A stretch of 64,000 bases of DNA from an uncultured Chthonomonadaceae bacterium (GTDB taxonomy: Bacteria > Armatimonadota > Chthonomonadetes > Chthonomonadales > Chthonomonadaceae). The notes beneath the pieces were generated by a model. The model saw only the letters and a program-made list of their open reading frames with translations, made no database searches and was not told the origin of the DNA. The position numbers and the translations under genes are program-made. Positions within the stretch are counted from its first letter, which is position 1, and each line of letters begins with the position of its first letter. Location of the stretch: positions 704,001 to 768,000 of the forward strand of contig CAWFQB010000004.1 of assembly GCA_963817895.1 (NCBI GenBank), in the 5' to 3' direction. Of this stretch, positions 53,964 to 63,788 are shown in pieces.

Positions 53964-54756
53964 ACCCAAACGGTCCCGGCGCGTGAAGACCGAGCAGGCG
54001 TTTACGGCGCGGGTTGGCGCGTTCCAGAATACCGTCGGGAAGGCGGTAGTTGATAAACGGGTAGAAGCGTTGCGCGATGAAGCGTTTGGCGTAGGGGGCC
54101 TGTTGCACCCACCGGATGCGATCCGGGGTTTTGTTCAGGCCGCCCCGATGCCACGTCTGGTCGTTCCACAGCACGGCGGTTCCTGCCGGTCCGGGCGTGC
54201 TGACGGTGGTTCGTCCCTCGTAGGTGGGGTTGCCGTTCGCGTCTTTGTCAGAAGCGACGGGCGGGCGTCCGGCGCGATGGCTGCCGGGAACAAACTCAGT
54301 CGGGCCTAAATCGTCGTCCACGTCGCACAGGTAGTAGTTGAGGTTGATAACGAAGCAGGGCATTTCGATGCGCGGGTCGAGCGGCACATCGGCAGGGCGG
54401 GGAACGCGGACGCACTCGTCTACGTGCCACATAGAAATGGTTTCGTCCGCGCCGGTTCGCAGGGCGCTGTTGGCGATAAGATGGCAGTCCTTGCCCAAGA
54501 TGGCTTCGATGAGATCAATAATGGCGGGATGGTCTACCAGTTGTTCAAAGGCTGCGCCGTGTTCAAACATCAGGGGACGCCAGATTTGCGCGAGATAGGG
54601 GCCGTACACATCGGCAACGGGACTGGGTTTCGCAAAGGCGGCTTCCACGCCTGCGCGTAATTCGGCTACGTCTTCGGCAGGGAGCAATCCGGGCAGAGTT
54701 AAAAAGCCTTCCCGGTGAAACTGTTCGATATTTGCTTGCAGCATTGTAGATTCCAA
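53962..54756 (-). CDS. Phytanoyl-CoA dioxygenase family protein
   Basis: FHREGF, WHVD, GPTEFVPGSH, WHRG. Confidence 0.9.
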   Translation of the reverse strand: MESTMLQANIEQFHREGFLTLPGLLPAEDVAELRAGVEAAFAKPSPVADVYGPYLAQIWRPLMFEHGAAFEQLVDHPAIIDLIEAILGKDCHLIANSALRTGADETISMWHVDECVRVPRPADVPLDPRIEMPCFVINLNYYLCDVDDDLGPTEFVPGSHRAGRPPVASDKDANGNPTYEGRTTVSTPGPAGTAVLWNDQTWHRGGLNKTPDRIRWVQQAPYAKRFIAQRFYPFINYRLPDGILERANPRRKRLLGLHAPGPFG

Positions 54757-54780
54757 GTGTGTTTCCTCCTGTACAAAAAG

Positions 54781-54927
54781 CTATCCCAGCATGGAGAGAA
54801 TAATACCGACTATTTTCTCCACGTTATTAAGGTAGTAGAAGTCGGTGTCAATCGTGGCTTCTATTCCCCTATCTTCTAATTGAAACTCTGCTTGCAACTG
54901 CGCCATTGTAAACTTATTGTAGGCCAT
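54781..54927 (-). pseudogene. Internally deleted 48-aa copy of the 198-aa paralogues at 60-61 kb
   Basis: MAYNKFTMAQLQAEFQLEDR-GIEATIDTDFYYLNNVEKIVGIILSMLG matches both ends of the paralogues; GGAGG RBS kept. Confidence 0.8.
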
Positions 54928-55065
54928 GAGGCGGGTTCCTCCGTGAATGGTGGGGGTAACACAGTATACCTCATGCGCCGAAGGGCATTTTACGGCGCGC
55001 TCTTCCCGCCATAAAATCAGGAACGACGGACACCGCCACTCTAATGCTCATGATTTCGATGGAAT

Positions 55066-55107
55066 ATCAGAAAGCCCTCCCCACTATTGCGGAGAGGGCT
55101 TTCTGAT
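55066..55107. terminator. Intrinsic terminator hairpin
   Basis: ATCAGAAAGCCCTC...GAGGGCTTTCTGAT downstream of the PEP-CTERM gene. Confidence 0.7.
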
Positions 55108-55201
55108 GTTATAACAGGGCTGCAAGAGCAGGCGCGTTAGTAAGGCAAGAGTCTGCCGCAGCGCCACAGGCGAGAACATAACCCTCTCCGGCAACTGGAG
55201 A

Positions 55202-55780
55202 TTACTTGCGGACACGGCGACGCGCGAACACGCCGCCGACAGCGAGAAAACCCACAACCAGCGCTATGCTGCCGGGTTCGGGAACGGCGGCAGGGGTGAT
55301 GGCAATCTTATCCACCCGGTAATCGCTGTCATTGCCGACCTGCGCGTTAAAGCGCAGGACTGCCGAGGCGGACGCGGCAGTAAAGGTGAAGGCAAATGGC
55401 TTCCAGTCGGTGTTGCCCATATCCGTGTTGACGAAATCGGTCGTTCCATCAATCTGCGCTGTGAACGAACCTGTGCCAAAGAACTGGTCGCGCGATCCAT
55501 AGAAGCCACTGATGGTATAGTTCTGGCCGGACGTTAAACCGGTAATAGTCTGCTGCAGGAAAGGCGTAGCGTTAAGAACATCATTGATCCAGGCCGCGCC
55601 GGAAACGTTATCCGGGCCGTTGTCGCCAACCCATATCGTACTCGGCCCCTGGGTTGTCCATCCCGAAAGATCGGTGACGAAATCCCCGTTGGTGATGGAC
55701 TGCGCACGTGCGCGAGGAGTGAGGGAAAGAGCGACCAGTCCGGCGAAGGCAGCAGGCAGAATGGAAAGAGAGAGTTTCAT
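55202..55780 (-). CDS. PEP-CTERM sorting domain protein
   Basis: Signal peptide (ARA-Q), NGDF carbohydrate-binding-like start, VPEPGSIALVVG...RRRVRK. Confidence 0.9.
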   Translation of the reverse strand: MKLSLSILPAAFAGLVALSLTPRARAQSITNGDFVTDLSGWTTQGPSTIWVGDNGPDNVSGAAWINDVLNATPFLQQTITGLTSGQNYTISGFYGSRDQFFGTGSFTAQIDGTTDFVNTDMGNTDWKPFAFTFTAASASAVLRFNAQVGNDSDYRVDKIAITPAAVPEPGSIALVVGFLAVGGVFARRRVRK

Positions 55781-55997
55781 AGAGTGTCCCTTCAAACATT
55801 GGTAGCATGATCTACAGAGCGTAATGGGATTACCGGCACAAATGCCAGCCAATCAAGAAAGGTTATTGCACATTCCATGCCAATCAGGACGATGATGCAG
55901 ATACTATTCCATGACAATTAAAATAATAAGTTCGGAAGGAGTATTCGTATGAACAGAGTAATATAAGGGAGGGGGTAAACGAAAGAGGGAGGTTTGT

Positions 55998-57281
55998 ATG
56001 TATCTTTTGGGGAACGCGTTGCGACAATTGCGAATAAAGCGAGAAATTACCCGGGAACGGTTGGCGACGCAGGCGCAAATTACGCCCCGAACGCTGCGTA
56101 ACTGGGAGGCAAATCAGCAGCAACCTCGTGGAGTCGAACTGGAAAGCGTCTTGATGGCACTGGAAGCGACGCAGGCAGAACGAACGGAAATTTACGCGCT
56201 ATTGCCTGACCGTCGTCGAAATCCTCTCGCGCAGAAAGGCGATGGAACACGGCCTGTTCCGACAAGTTCGCTCGGCCCACTCCCCGGCTCAGGGGACCTG
56301 ATACGGACGATGCGTATGCGGCGCGGCTGGACACAGGAGCAGTTCGCCGTCGAGTTGCGTATCAATCGGTCAACCATATACCGATGGGAGTCCACGCGAA
56401 CAGTTCCTTCCGAAGACGACAGCGCGCGTTTGTGCAGCGCGCTGGGCGCTTTGCCGCATGAGGCGGCTGCCTTGCAGTCCGGGCGTATATCACCTTCATA
56501 CTGGCCGCCGCAATTGACGCTGGAGGAGTGTCGCCAACAATATGAAACCCTGATGCAGATTCGCAAGGGTGAGTTCGCGCTCCTTCCCCTGATGGATTTG
56601 TACGCGCTGGCGTTGAAACTTCAGTTGCGCCCCCTGTTAAGCCATTCTTCCGAGGCTTTGCCGTTGTTAGCGAAAGTGGAGGCGCTGCATGGCTGGTGGC
56701 TGTTTATGCAGGGGCGCGCGGCAGAGGCATGCGCGGGAAACTGGCGCGCGCTCAACCTCACACGAGGCATGACTGCGCCGGACTATTTTTTCGTGGACGC
56801 GCTCAATATCCTCTCCTCACATGCGGTCAGCGGCGCGGGCGGCGCGGAAAAGGGCGTCAAGTTGTTGTATCCCTGGCTGCGCCTGCTTTCGCCTGCGCTG
56901 CACACCTGTCTGTTGTGCGATATGGCCTTATACGCGGGACAGGCGCGCCGCCACGAGGAAGCCGTCACATTCCTTCAGCAGGCGGAGAAGTCTTTGCGCG
57001 GACACAATAACGAAAACAGGATAAATGACGATTATTTCCACATGACGAAGGCGCGCGTTCTTCTGAGTACAGGTAAGCCCGTCGAAGCGCTGCATTGGCT
57101 GCCTCCTGTCGCTTTGGGTGACGGGCATATCCATGAACTGATGATATGGGCTGAAATTTATCTGGCAGCCGGGGAGAAGGACGCTGCCGCGCGCTATCTG
57201 AAAGAATCACAGGCTCTGCTGAATGTGGCTCCCCTGCCTGCCCGCCAGAAGAAACTGGATCAATTGGCGCGGCAACTCTAA
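55998..57281 (+). CDS. Tandem XRE-HTH regulator with helical (TPR-like) C-terminus
   Basis: Two HTH_3 motifs (LRQLRIKREITRERLA...WEAN; IRTMRMRRGWTQEQFA...WES). Confidence 0.8.
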   Translation: MYLLGNALRQLRIKREITRERLATQAQITPRTLRNWEANQQQPRGVELESVLMALEATQAERTEIYALLPDRRRNPLAQKGDGTRPVPTSSLGPLPGSGDLIRTMRMRRGWTQEQFAVELRINRSTIYRWESTRTVPSEDDSARLCSALGALPHEAAALQSGRISPSYWPPQLTLEECRQQYETLMQIRKGEFALLPLMDLYALALKLQLRPLLSHSSEALPLLAKVEALHGWWLFMQGRAAEACAGNWRALNLTRGMTAPDYFFVDALNILSSHAVSGAGGAEKGVKLLYPWLRLLSPALHTCLLCDMALYAGQARRHEEAVTFLQQAEKSLRGHNNENRINDDYFHMTKARVLLSTGKPVEALHWLPPVALGDGHIHELMIWAEIYLAAGEKDAAARYLKESQALLNVAPLPARQKKLDQLARQL

Positions 57282-57326
57282 CGCGCCTCCCTTTGCTTGA
57301 TTTTGGATGAAGGGGATAGGTAATGC

Positions 57327-57506
57327 TTATCGTTCTTCCTTTTTTTCGTCTTTTGCGGCAGAATTGGGGCGCTGGAAATCCTTGCCGGAGTAGTAGTCCG
57401 CTTCGGGTTTATCTTCCTTGCTGTGGCAGCCTGCTGTCGTGACGGCAATCATGCCAACGAACAGAATGGCAAACGCCCGGATAATTGCGCGTCCCTGTTT
57501 TTGCAT
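57327..57506 (-). CDS. Small lipoprotein (59 aa, not in ORF track)
   Basis: MQKQGRAIIRAFAILFVGMIAVTTAG-CHSKEDKPEADYYSGKDF...; lipobox-like TAGC; GAAGGA RBS. Confidence 0.7.
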   Translation of the reverse strand: MQKQGRAIIRAFAILFVGMIAVTTAGCHSKEDKPEADYYSGKDFQRPNSAAKDEKKEER

Positions 57507-57532
57507 AATGATTTTCCTTCCTTTTCGCTTCT

Positions 57533-58336
57533 TTACTCATCTGCTGAGAAGTACTCCTCGTACCAGCATCCCATGTTGTCCTGCAAGATATGGCGCTCGG
57601 CATTCTTCGAGATAAATTTGGAATGTCCATCCAGGAAACTGTAGTTCCCCCCGCCGTCCCTGTGACTGAATTGTCCGTCGCAGCCGAAGCCGACGGATTC
57701 GCGCAAACCACCCGGACTTGCGCTCGAATGAAAAATCAGGGTGTACGCATCGCCAATGGTGGCGGTGCGAGCCGGCGATACAACTGCGGCAAGCAATTCC
57801 TGATAATTGAAACTCGAACCGGGATAATAGGCATGTGGGCTGTTTTGAGTGCAGCTTCCCCCCACATAGCGTAAGGCAACGCCATAATTCGCCAGGAAGC
57901 CGTCATGTTTCGGCCCATAAGTCGTGAGCGGTGGAATCCGGCCTGCGCTGAAACTGCCCGGTGTCCCATTTCCCTGACAATCTGCCGCATCCAGCGCCCT
58001 CGCTGTGTTGGAAGCATTGTAGGAGGGGCAAAACAGAACCTGAACGCTTTTGATATAGGGTTGGATGGTTGTTGTCCAGAGACCCTCGATCTGGGCATAA
58101 ACGGGAGCCGCGTTGCGGTCAACGATCACACTCGCTATCAGGATTTCGTCATAATCCTGCGCGTACATCAGTTGTCCAATAGCGAGTTGTTTGGTGTTGG
58201 ACAGGCAACTGGTTATGCGCGCCAACTCGCGGGCCTGCGCAAAGACGGGAAAGAGAATCGCCGCCAGTATCGCAATAATGGCGATAACTACGAGCAACTC
58301 AATCAAAGTAAACCCTCGTCGCGTGATTCGATACAT
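57533..58336 (-). CDS. Prepilin-type / H-X9-DG-CTERM (DUF1559) protein
   Basis: [46 protein letters not shown]. Confidence 0.92.
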   Translation of the reverse strand: MYRITRRGFTLIELLVVIAIIAILAAILFPVFAQARELARITSCLSNTKQLAIGQLMYAQDYDEILIASVIVDRNAAPVYAQIEGLWTTTIQPYIKSVQVLFCPSYNASNTARALDAADCQGNGTPGSFSAGRIPPLTTYGPKHDGFLANYGVALRYVGGSCTQNSPHAYYPGSSFNYQELLAAVVSPARTATIGDAYTLIFHSSASPGGLRESVGFGCDGQFSHRDGGGNYSFLDGHSKFISKNAERHILQDNMGCWYEEYFSADE

Positions 58337-58457
58337 TGTTGTTCCTCCGACAAAATGACCAACGGGTACAATGAGCGGCATGAACTGCCGCCCGCATCCT
58401 ACTTTCTTAACTATGCTTCTGCCTCCTTACAGGCGAGTAGGTCCGTGTTGATTCTTA

Positions 58458-58559
58458 GCGCCTATCCCAATAGGCGCAGGCATTTGCGTCCGAAGGACGC
58501 TTGGCCGCAGGCCATTCAGACGGGTACGTTCTCTGTACCCGGCCTGATGGGAGAGGCTC
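58458..58559. mobile_element. 102-bp MITE, copy 3
   Basis: Same length and internal sequence as the other copies, TTA flanks, slightly degenerate TIRs. Confidence 0.85.
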
Positions 58560-58568
58560 TTATCGCGT

Positions 58569-59843
58569 TCAGGCAGGCATACTCTCGCCATCTCGCCAGA
58601 TCGTCAGGGATCGCGGCAGGAACGGAACTGCCAGGAAAACTAAAGCGGTCGTGCCGGCGTTCAGCCAGATAAGCAGCGTGAAATTATGATGATAGCGGTC
58701 GAACAGCCATGAACCAACCACGTCGGAGAGCGCAACGGACGCATATCCCAAACTGAACATCAGAGCATAGCCGAATGCCTCACAATGTTTCGGCGTTGCG
58801 CGGGCCAGCAAATCGAGGAGTGGGAGTGTTGCCAAACCGTATCCGAGGCCCTCTGCCCCTTCGAGAACAATGGCTGAATTGCGCGAACGATAAGCAAGGT
58901 ACAGTAGCGCTGAAATTGTGTTGATGCACAGGCCTATCACTAACAACGGTTGAAGGCGCAGACGTTTACAGGCAAACGCATAAAAGAACGCGCCGGCTAA
59001 ATCTAAAGCGCCGTTGACAACTCCAAGCGCGCCGATAAACTCAGGCGTGAACTTAAGTTTTTCTGTTTGATAATAAAACAGAGGCGTATGCGAGGCCGGA
59101 TTGAAACACACCAGGCAATATAATCCTGTGGAAACCCACATGGCGCGGGATTGAAACAGAAGCCCAAACTGTTTACGAACACTGTTCCAGGCTCCCTTAT
59201 AATTTTTGTCACAGGGCGCTTCCCTGAACCAAAAAAAGAATATCAGAGCCAGTAGAGCGGTGAGAGAGCCGTTTACAAACGCGCAAAGAATAAAGGCTTG
59301 TGTTGCGAGAAAGCCTCCAATAGGACCTCGCGCCAAAATTGTAAGCGCTGCCGCGCCTTCTCGTAACGAGGCCAGCCGCCCCGGTATGCCATGCTCTCTT
59401 CCGATTTCAACAGCCAGTCCGCCAAGTGTCGTCTGAGCCACCGTCCAGCATACAGTCAAAGCAATTGTAGTACAAAGCAGGGCAGGATAAGTTTTGGGAA
59501 CCAGGCCAAGAACAAGCCATAAGATAGCAACGCCTACGGTACTGAAAAGAAAGTAATGCCGATGCCTGGTTCCGAACAGCAAAACGCTGTCTGTGAAAAT
59601 TCCGGCTAAGGGTTTGAGGTAAAGCGCAAACGTGCCTGCCGCGAGGAATAAAGCCATGTCTTTCGCATTGACATGAAGTTGATTTTTAAGAAGAAAACGG
59701 AGAGGCAGAAGCCGCAACCCGGATTTAGGGCTGCTTAGAATCAAACCTAAATAACCTGTAAAAACGAGCATGAAATAACGCCGGATCGTTTTAGGATCGC
59801 GCGCGGGATTTACTGCATTAGTTTCGACGAGTTCAATTGGCAT
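58569..59843 (-). CDS. MFS transporter (BT1/folate-biopterin-like)
   Basis: About 12 TM helices; LKPLAGIFTDSV..FGTRHRHY motif. Confidence 0.8.
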   Translation of the reverse strand: MPIELVETNAVNPARDPKTIRRYFMLVFTGYLGLILSSPKSGLRLLPLRFLLKNQLHVNAKDMALFLAAGTFALYLKPLAGIFTDSVLLFGTRHRHYFLFSTVGVAILWLVLGLVPKTYPALLCTTIALTVCWTVAQTTLGGLAVEIGREHGIPGRLASLREGAAALTILARGPIGGFLATQAFILCAFVNGSLTALLALIFFFWFREAPCDKNYKGAWNSVRKQFGLLFQSRAMWVSTGLYCLVCFNPASHTPLFYYQTEKLKFTPEFIGALGVVNGALDLAGAFFYAFACKRLRLQPLLVIGLCINTISALLYLAYRSRNSAIVLEGAEGLGYGLATLPLLDLLARATPKHCEAFGYALMFSLGYASVALSDVVGSWLFDRYHHNFTLLIWLNAGTTALVFLAVPFLPRSLTIWRDGESMPA

Positions 59844-60073
59844 GAATTCAAACTGCTAATCTTAAGTTGTTACCTTGTTACAAGCTTTAGAATCTTTCTT
59901 GTGACGAAGGGAACAATAAATCTCACCAAAGATATAACACATTTCACGCCATTTGAAGCAATGTTGCAGGTAAATTTCCGGCTATTACCAAAAATCAGAG
60001 GCAGGAGGCGGATACGCGTAAAATGAGCGTCCGGCGCGAACCGGGTTTGCCCACCTGTTCGAGCATTTCAGGT

Positions 60074-60670
60074 TCAGCGCAGCATGGAAAGAACGACGCC
60101 GACAATCTTTTCCTGCTCGTTGAGAAAATAGTTGTCCGTATCAATTGTAGCGGCGGTTCCCTGGAGGCGCAGGAATTTCCAGATTTCACCTGTCGTGACA
60201 ATGCCATAAAGCGTAGCAATGTTACGCTCTTCTGCCGCGTTGAATATCTGCGCGGCGACAAGTTCGGCAAAACACTGCGGTATCCCCATATTAATGTCCT
60301 CTTTTTTGGCTTCGACAATGGCAAGTACCGGCGCGTGTATCTCCCGATGAAGCGGCGAGAGGCTGAACAGAAAATCACAAACGCCGGACAACCCCCGCTG
60401 CTCGTCTACATCGAATTTTACGCCGGAAAACAGATTCACGCGCTCCTGCATTTGCTCATAAACCTCTAAAAGAAGCGGCATAATGATCAGTTCGGAACGG
60501 GCCTTTTCCGAACCGCTGCGCAGGGCAACGACCGTTTGCTTCCGCAATCTGTCGCGCAGCCAATCGGGAATAACGGCAGGCGTCGCGGCGGCAAAAAGCG
60601 CGGCTTCTTCCGTAAATTCAAGGTGGTACTCTTCCTGCAATTGCGCCATTGTAAACTGACTGTAGGCCAC
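60074..60670 (-). CDS. Hypothetical protein, PD-(D/E)XK-like (HsdR-N-like)
   Basis: SEKARSE, G..DF, VEAKK, QC.AEL, YGIVTTG..WKF. Confidence 0.75.
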   Translation of the reverse strand: MAYSQFTMAQLQEEYHLEFTEEAALFAAATPAVIPDWLRDRLRKQTVVALRSGSEKARSELIIMPLLLEVYEQMQERVNLFSGVKFDVDEQRGLSGVCDFLFSLSPLHREIHAPVLAIVEAKKEDINMGIPQCFAELVAAQIFNAAEERNIATLYGIVTTGEIWKFLRLQGTAATIDTDNYFLNEQEKIVGVVLSMLR

Positions 60671-60705
60671 GAGACGGGTTCCTCCATTTTAAGGATAATA
60701 TTGAG

Positions 60706-61302
60706 TTAGCGCAACATGGAGAGAATGATGCCGACAATCTTTTCCGGTTGATTGAGGAAGTAGTCGTCGGTGTCAATCGTGGCGTTCGTTCCCTGAAGGC
60801 GCAAGAATTTCCACTCCGTGCCGGTTGTAACAATGCCATAGAGCGTTGTTATATTTCGCTCTTCCGCCGCGTTGAATATCTGCGCGGCGATGAGCTCGGC
60901 AAAACATTGTGGTATCCCTGAAGGGATATCTTCCTTTTTGGCTTCGACGACGGAGATAATCGGGGCTTGCACCGTTATTTTGCGTGGGGCGAGGGTAAAC
61001 AGAAAATCGCAGAAACCAGCCAGCCCGCGCTTCTTGTCTACGTTGAATTCGATACCGGAGAAGAAATTGGCATGGTTTCGGGACTGCTCGAAAACCTCTA
61101 CAAGAATAGGCGTGATAAGAAGTTCGGAACGAGCCTTCTCCGAACCGCTTTGCAGCGCAGTGTCGGTTTGTTTCGCCAGCGTTTGACGGAGCCAGTCGGA
61201 AAGTTGAGCAGGCGGCGCGTCGGCAAAAAGCGCGGCCTGCGCCGTATCTTCTAACTGATACTCTTTACGTAACTGCGCCATTGTAAACTTGTTGTAGGCC
61301 AT
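60706..61302 (-). CDS. Tandem paralogue of 60074-60670
   Basis: Same 198-aa length and motifs. Confidence 0.75.
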   Translation of the reverse strand: MAYNKFTMAQLRKEYQLEDTAQAALFADAPPAQLSDWLRQTLAKQTDTALQSGSEKARSELLITPILVEVFEQSRNHANFFSGIEFNVDKKRGLAGFCDFLFTLAPRKITVQAPIISVVEAKKEDIPSGIPQCFAELIAAQIFNAAEERNITTLYGIVTTGTEWKFLRLQGTNATIDTDDYFLNQPEKIVGIILSMLR

Positions 61303-61553
61303 GAGATAATTTCTCCATACAGTGTTTGTTGGAATGGTTCAGTATACCCCACGTATAGAAGGACGGTTAGGACTGGCGCTGGCTCGTGCTAATCCTTTGA
61401 AAGGCCCTGATACGTTTGCTTGCGCGCGATAGGACAATCAACCCATACCGGACTATCTGAGGAACTCGCGTTAGCAAAAGGGGCATGACTGGCGATATAG
61501 AAGAGGTAATCCTGAACATAATCGTCTGCTCGCGTGAATTATAAGGAAGCATT

Positions 61554-62105
61554 ATGCGTTACGTCATAGTAGATTTGGAAGCGACATGTTGGGAAACGGG
61601 GCAAACGCCGAGCCGTATGGAGATCATAGAAATCGGCGCGGTGATGATGGAGTCGAGCGGCAGCCCGGTTAGCCGTGAGTTCGCGGCGTTCATCAAGCCT
61701 GTCGCCTCGCCGCAGTTAAGCGAGTTCTGTACGCGCCTGACTTCCATTCGGCAGGAAGACATAGATCAAGCGGAATACTTCTGGACAGTATTTCCGCAGT
61801 TCGTCAACTGGATTGGCGAGGAACCGTTTCGGCTGTGTTCGTGGGGAGCCTACGACCTGAATCAGTTCCGTACCGACTGCGCCCGCCACAATATGGAACT
61901 GCCGTCTACCTTTGAGAACCACATCAACCTGAAGAAAGAGTTTTCGCGCCAGAAGAGTGTCAAACCGACAGGAATGAAGAGCGCGTTGGCAATGCTGAAT
62001 ATTCCGCTGGAAGGAACACACCACAGGGGCATAGACGACGCCCGCAATATCGCCAAAATAGCCACGCATTTGCTGAAGCAGGTTGAGAACGATTCTGTGT
62101 TATAA
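61554..62105 (+). CDS. DEDDh 3'-5' exonuclease (ERI-1/KapD-like)
   Basis: VDLEATC, EIIEIGAV, WGAYD, HHRGIDDA. Confidence 0.92.
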   Translation: MRYVIVDLEATCWETGQTPSRMEIIEIGAVMMESSGSPVSREFAAFIKPVASPQLSEFCTRLTSIRQEDIDQAEYFWTVFPQFVNWIGEEPFRLCSWGAYDLNQFRTDCARHNMELPSTFENHINLKKEFSRQKSVKPTGMKSALAMLNIPLEGTHHRGIDDARNIAKIATHLLKQVENDSVL

Positions 62106-63247
62106 CTCACCTTACGCAGGCGCACTCATGCCTTTGAGCAGTTGTAGTTCGCGGTAGGCGCTGGCAAGGGCCGCTTTGTAGAGCCTGCCTTTCATCGCAA
62201 AATGGTTCAAGCGCGTCTGCAAACGCAGACTTTCCAACTTCACATACGCCCATAAACAGGCGAAGATATGGTTGCTCTGGGTCCGAATAGTTTTGGTCGG
62301 CGACTTGGCGAAACTCGCATTGCTCTTGACCGATTTGTGATACTCTTCCACTTTCCACCGTTTTTGGTAGATCGTCTGGATGTCGCAACCGCTTAACGTC
62401 GTGTCACTCGTCACGAGATAGAGAACGCCCTGGCTGCCGTCCTTGTTTGTAAAGACCTGCTTACACAGCAGAAGGGGGAAGTTTACCCCCTCCAGCCAGA
62501 TGTTCAATACGGCGTCCGCTTCGCAGCAAAGCGAGGATACGGGCATATAGCGGCCTGCCAACTTGTCTTCCTGGGACAAAGCCACCTTGCGGTTGGCCTT
62601 AATCGGGAAGATAAAGTCGGTTTTGCCTTCGTTTTTGAGGTGCATCATCGTTTCTGCCGCGCTGAACCAAGCGTCGGCCAGGACATAGCGAAAAGGCAAT
62701 TGGTTCTTCTGACATTGCGCCACCATCTCGCGCAGGTATTCGTTCTTGGTCTTGGGACACACTCGCTTGGGTTTGCCCGTCTTCTTATGCGTTTCCCAAG
62801 CCGACTTTTGGATCAACTCGAAGGCAACGGGCAGAGCGGCAGTGGGCGCGCGATACAAACAGGTCAGAATGTTGATGCCCTTCACGTTGCGGTTGAAGCA
62901 ATGATCCCAATGCCAGCAAATGAGTTCGCTTTCATCCGTATAGAGTTTTTCTTCGATGCTGTCATCGAAGACCAGAACTGCGTCTTCACATTGTACCTGC
63001 CGTACCAAGGGTTTGACCAGATGCCACAGGTCCGAAGAAGTGAAGTCACGTCCTGACAAGAACCGCGTGATCTTGTCGTGGCTAATCGCGCCGTCGAGCA
63101 GGGTGGAAAGGCCCGTCGCGGTAGTCAGGCCGAACGAACAAAGGAGATAGTCTGAGTAAAGGTCCAGAAGTTGTTTGTCCATGACACTATTCTACCGTCA
63201 ACAACAGCAAATCTGTGACTACAAACTGCTCGCCTGCGTAAGGTGAG
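62106..63247 (-). mobile_element. Complete IS701-like insertion sequence
   Basis: 17-bp TIR CTCACCTTACGCAGGCG (62106-62122 and 63231-63247), TTATAA on both flanks, one transposase ORF. Confidence 0.88.
62112..63182 (-). CDS. DDE transposase (IS701/IS4-like)
   Basis: SHDKITRFL, FDDSIEEK, LADAWF, YQKRWKVEEYHK. Confidence 0.92.
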   Translation of the reverse strand: MDKQLLDLYSDYLLCSFGLTTATGLSTLLDGAISHDKITRFLSGRDFTSSDLWHLVKPLVRQVQCEDAVLVFDDSIEEKLYTDESELICWHWDHCFNRNVKGINILTCLYRAPTAALPVAFELIQKSAWETHKKTGKPKRVCPKTKNEYLREMVAQCQKNQLPFRYVLADAWFSAAETMMHLKNEGKTDFIFPIKANRKVALSQEDKLAGRYMPVSSLCCEADAVLNIWLEGVNFPLLLCKQVFTNKDGSQGVLYLVTSDTTLSGCDIQTIYQKRWKVEEYHKSVKSNASFAKSPTKTIRTQSNHIFACLWAYVKLESLRLQTRLNHFAMKGRLYKAALASAYRELQLLKGMSAPA

Positions 63248-63272
63248 TTATAATATGCCGGGAGGAAGACTA

Positions 63273-63497
63273 ATGGCAGACATAACTTCGCAACACGTAA
63301 TGCCGACATTGGATGCGGAAACGGAAATCATTCTTGATCAGGCGCTTGCCGAAATAGAGCGGCTAAATGGATTGATGCAGCAGGATCAGAACGTAATTGA
63401 GCGTCTTAAAGCGGAATCAAAGATAATCACGGACCATACCGATGCGGCACTGTCCAATCTGCGTATCCATCTCGACGCATTGCGGAGGTCGGCGTAA
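63273..63497 (+). CDS. Small coiled-coil hypothetical protein
   Basis: GGAGG RBS and heptad pattern. Confidence 0.6.
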   Translation: MADITSQHVMPTLDAETEIILDQALAEIERLNGLMQQDQNVIERLKAESKIITDHTDAALSNLRIHLDALRRSA

Positions 63498-63500
63498 CGC

Positions 63501-63788
63501 ATATTAAAGCAAATTGTCGAGTTCAGCAAGAAGCTTGTTGCGCTCACGCGAGACGTGCAGCAAAATAAAGCCGACATCAAAGAATTACGTCATCACGAGA
63601 GGGAACAAGATCAGCGCATAGATAGATTGGTGGAAGCCGTTCAGGAACTCACTTTTGCGCTACAGCACGACCGGGATATGTCCGCTCGTGACCGCGAGAA
63701 CCTGCTGCTGAGATTGGAAAATGCGCTGTTGCGATTTGAACGGCGTCTGCCTTCGGGCAGTTCCGACAAGAAAGAGGATACTGAGTAG
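63501..63788 (+). CDS. Small coiled-coil hypothetical protein
   Basis: Open frame from ATA 63501 (ORF track starts at GTG 63555); heptad pattern. Confidence 0.6.
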   Translation: MLKQIVEFSKKLVALTRDVQQNKADIKELRHHEREQDQRIDRLVEAVQELTFALQHDRDMSARDRENLLLRLENALLRFERRLPSGSSDKKEDTE

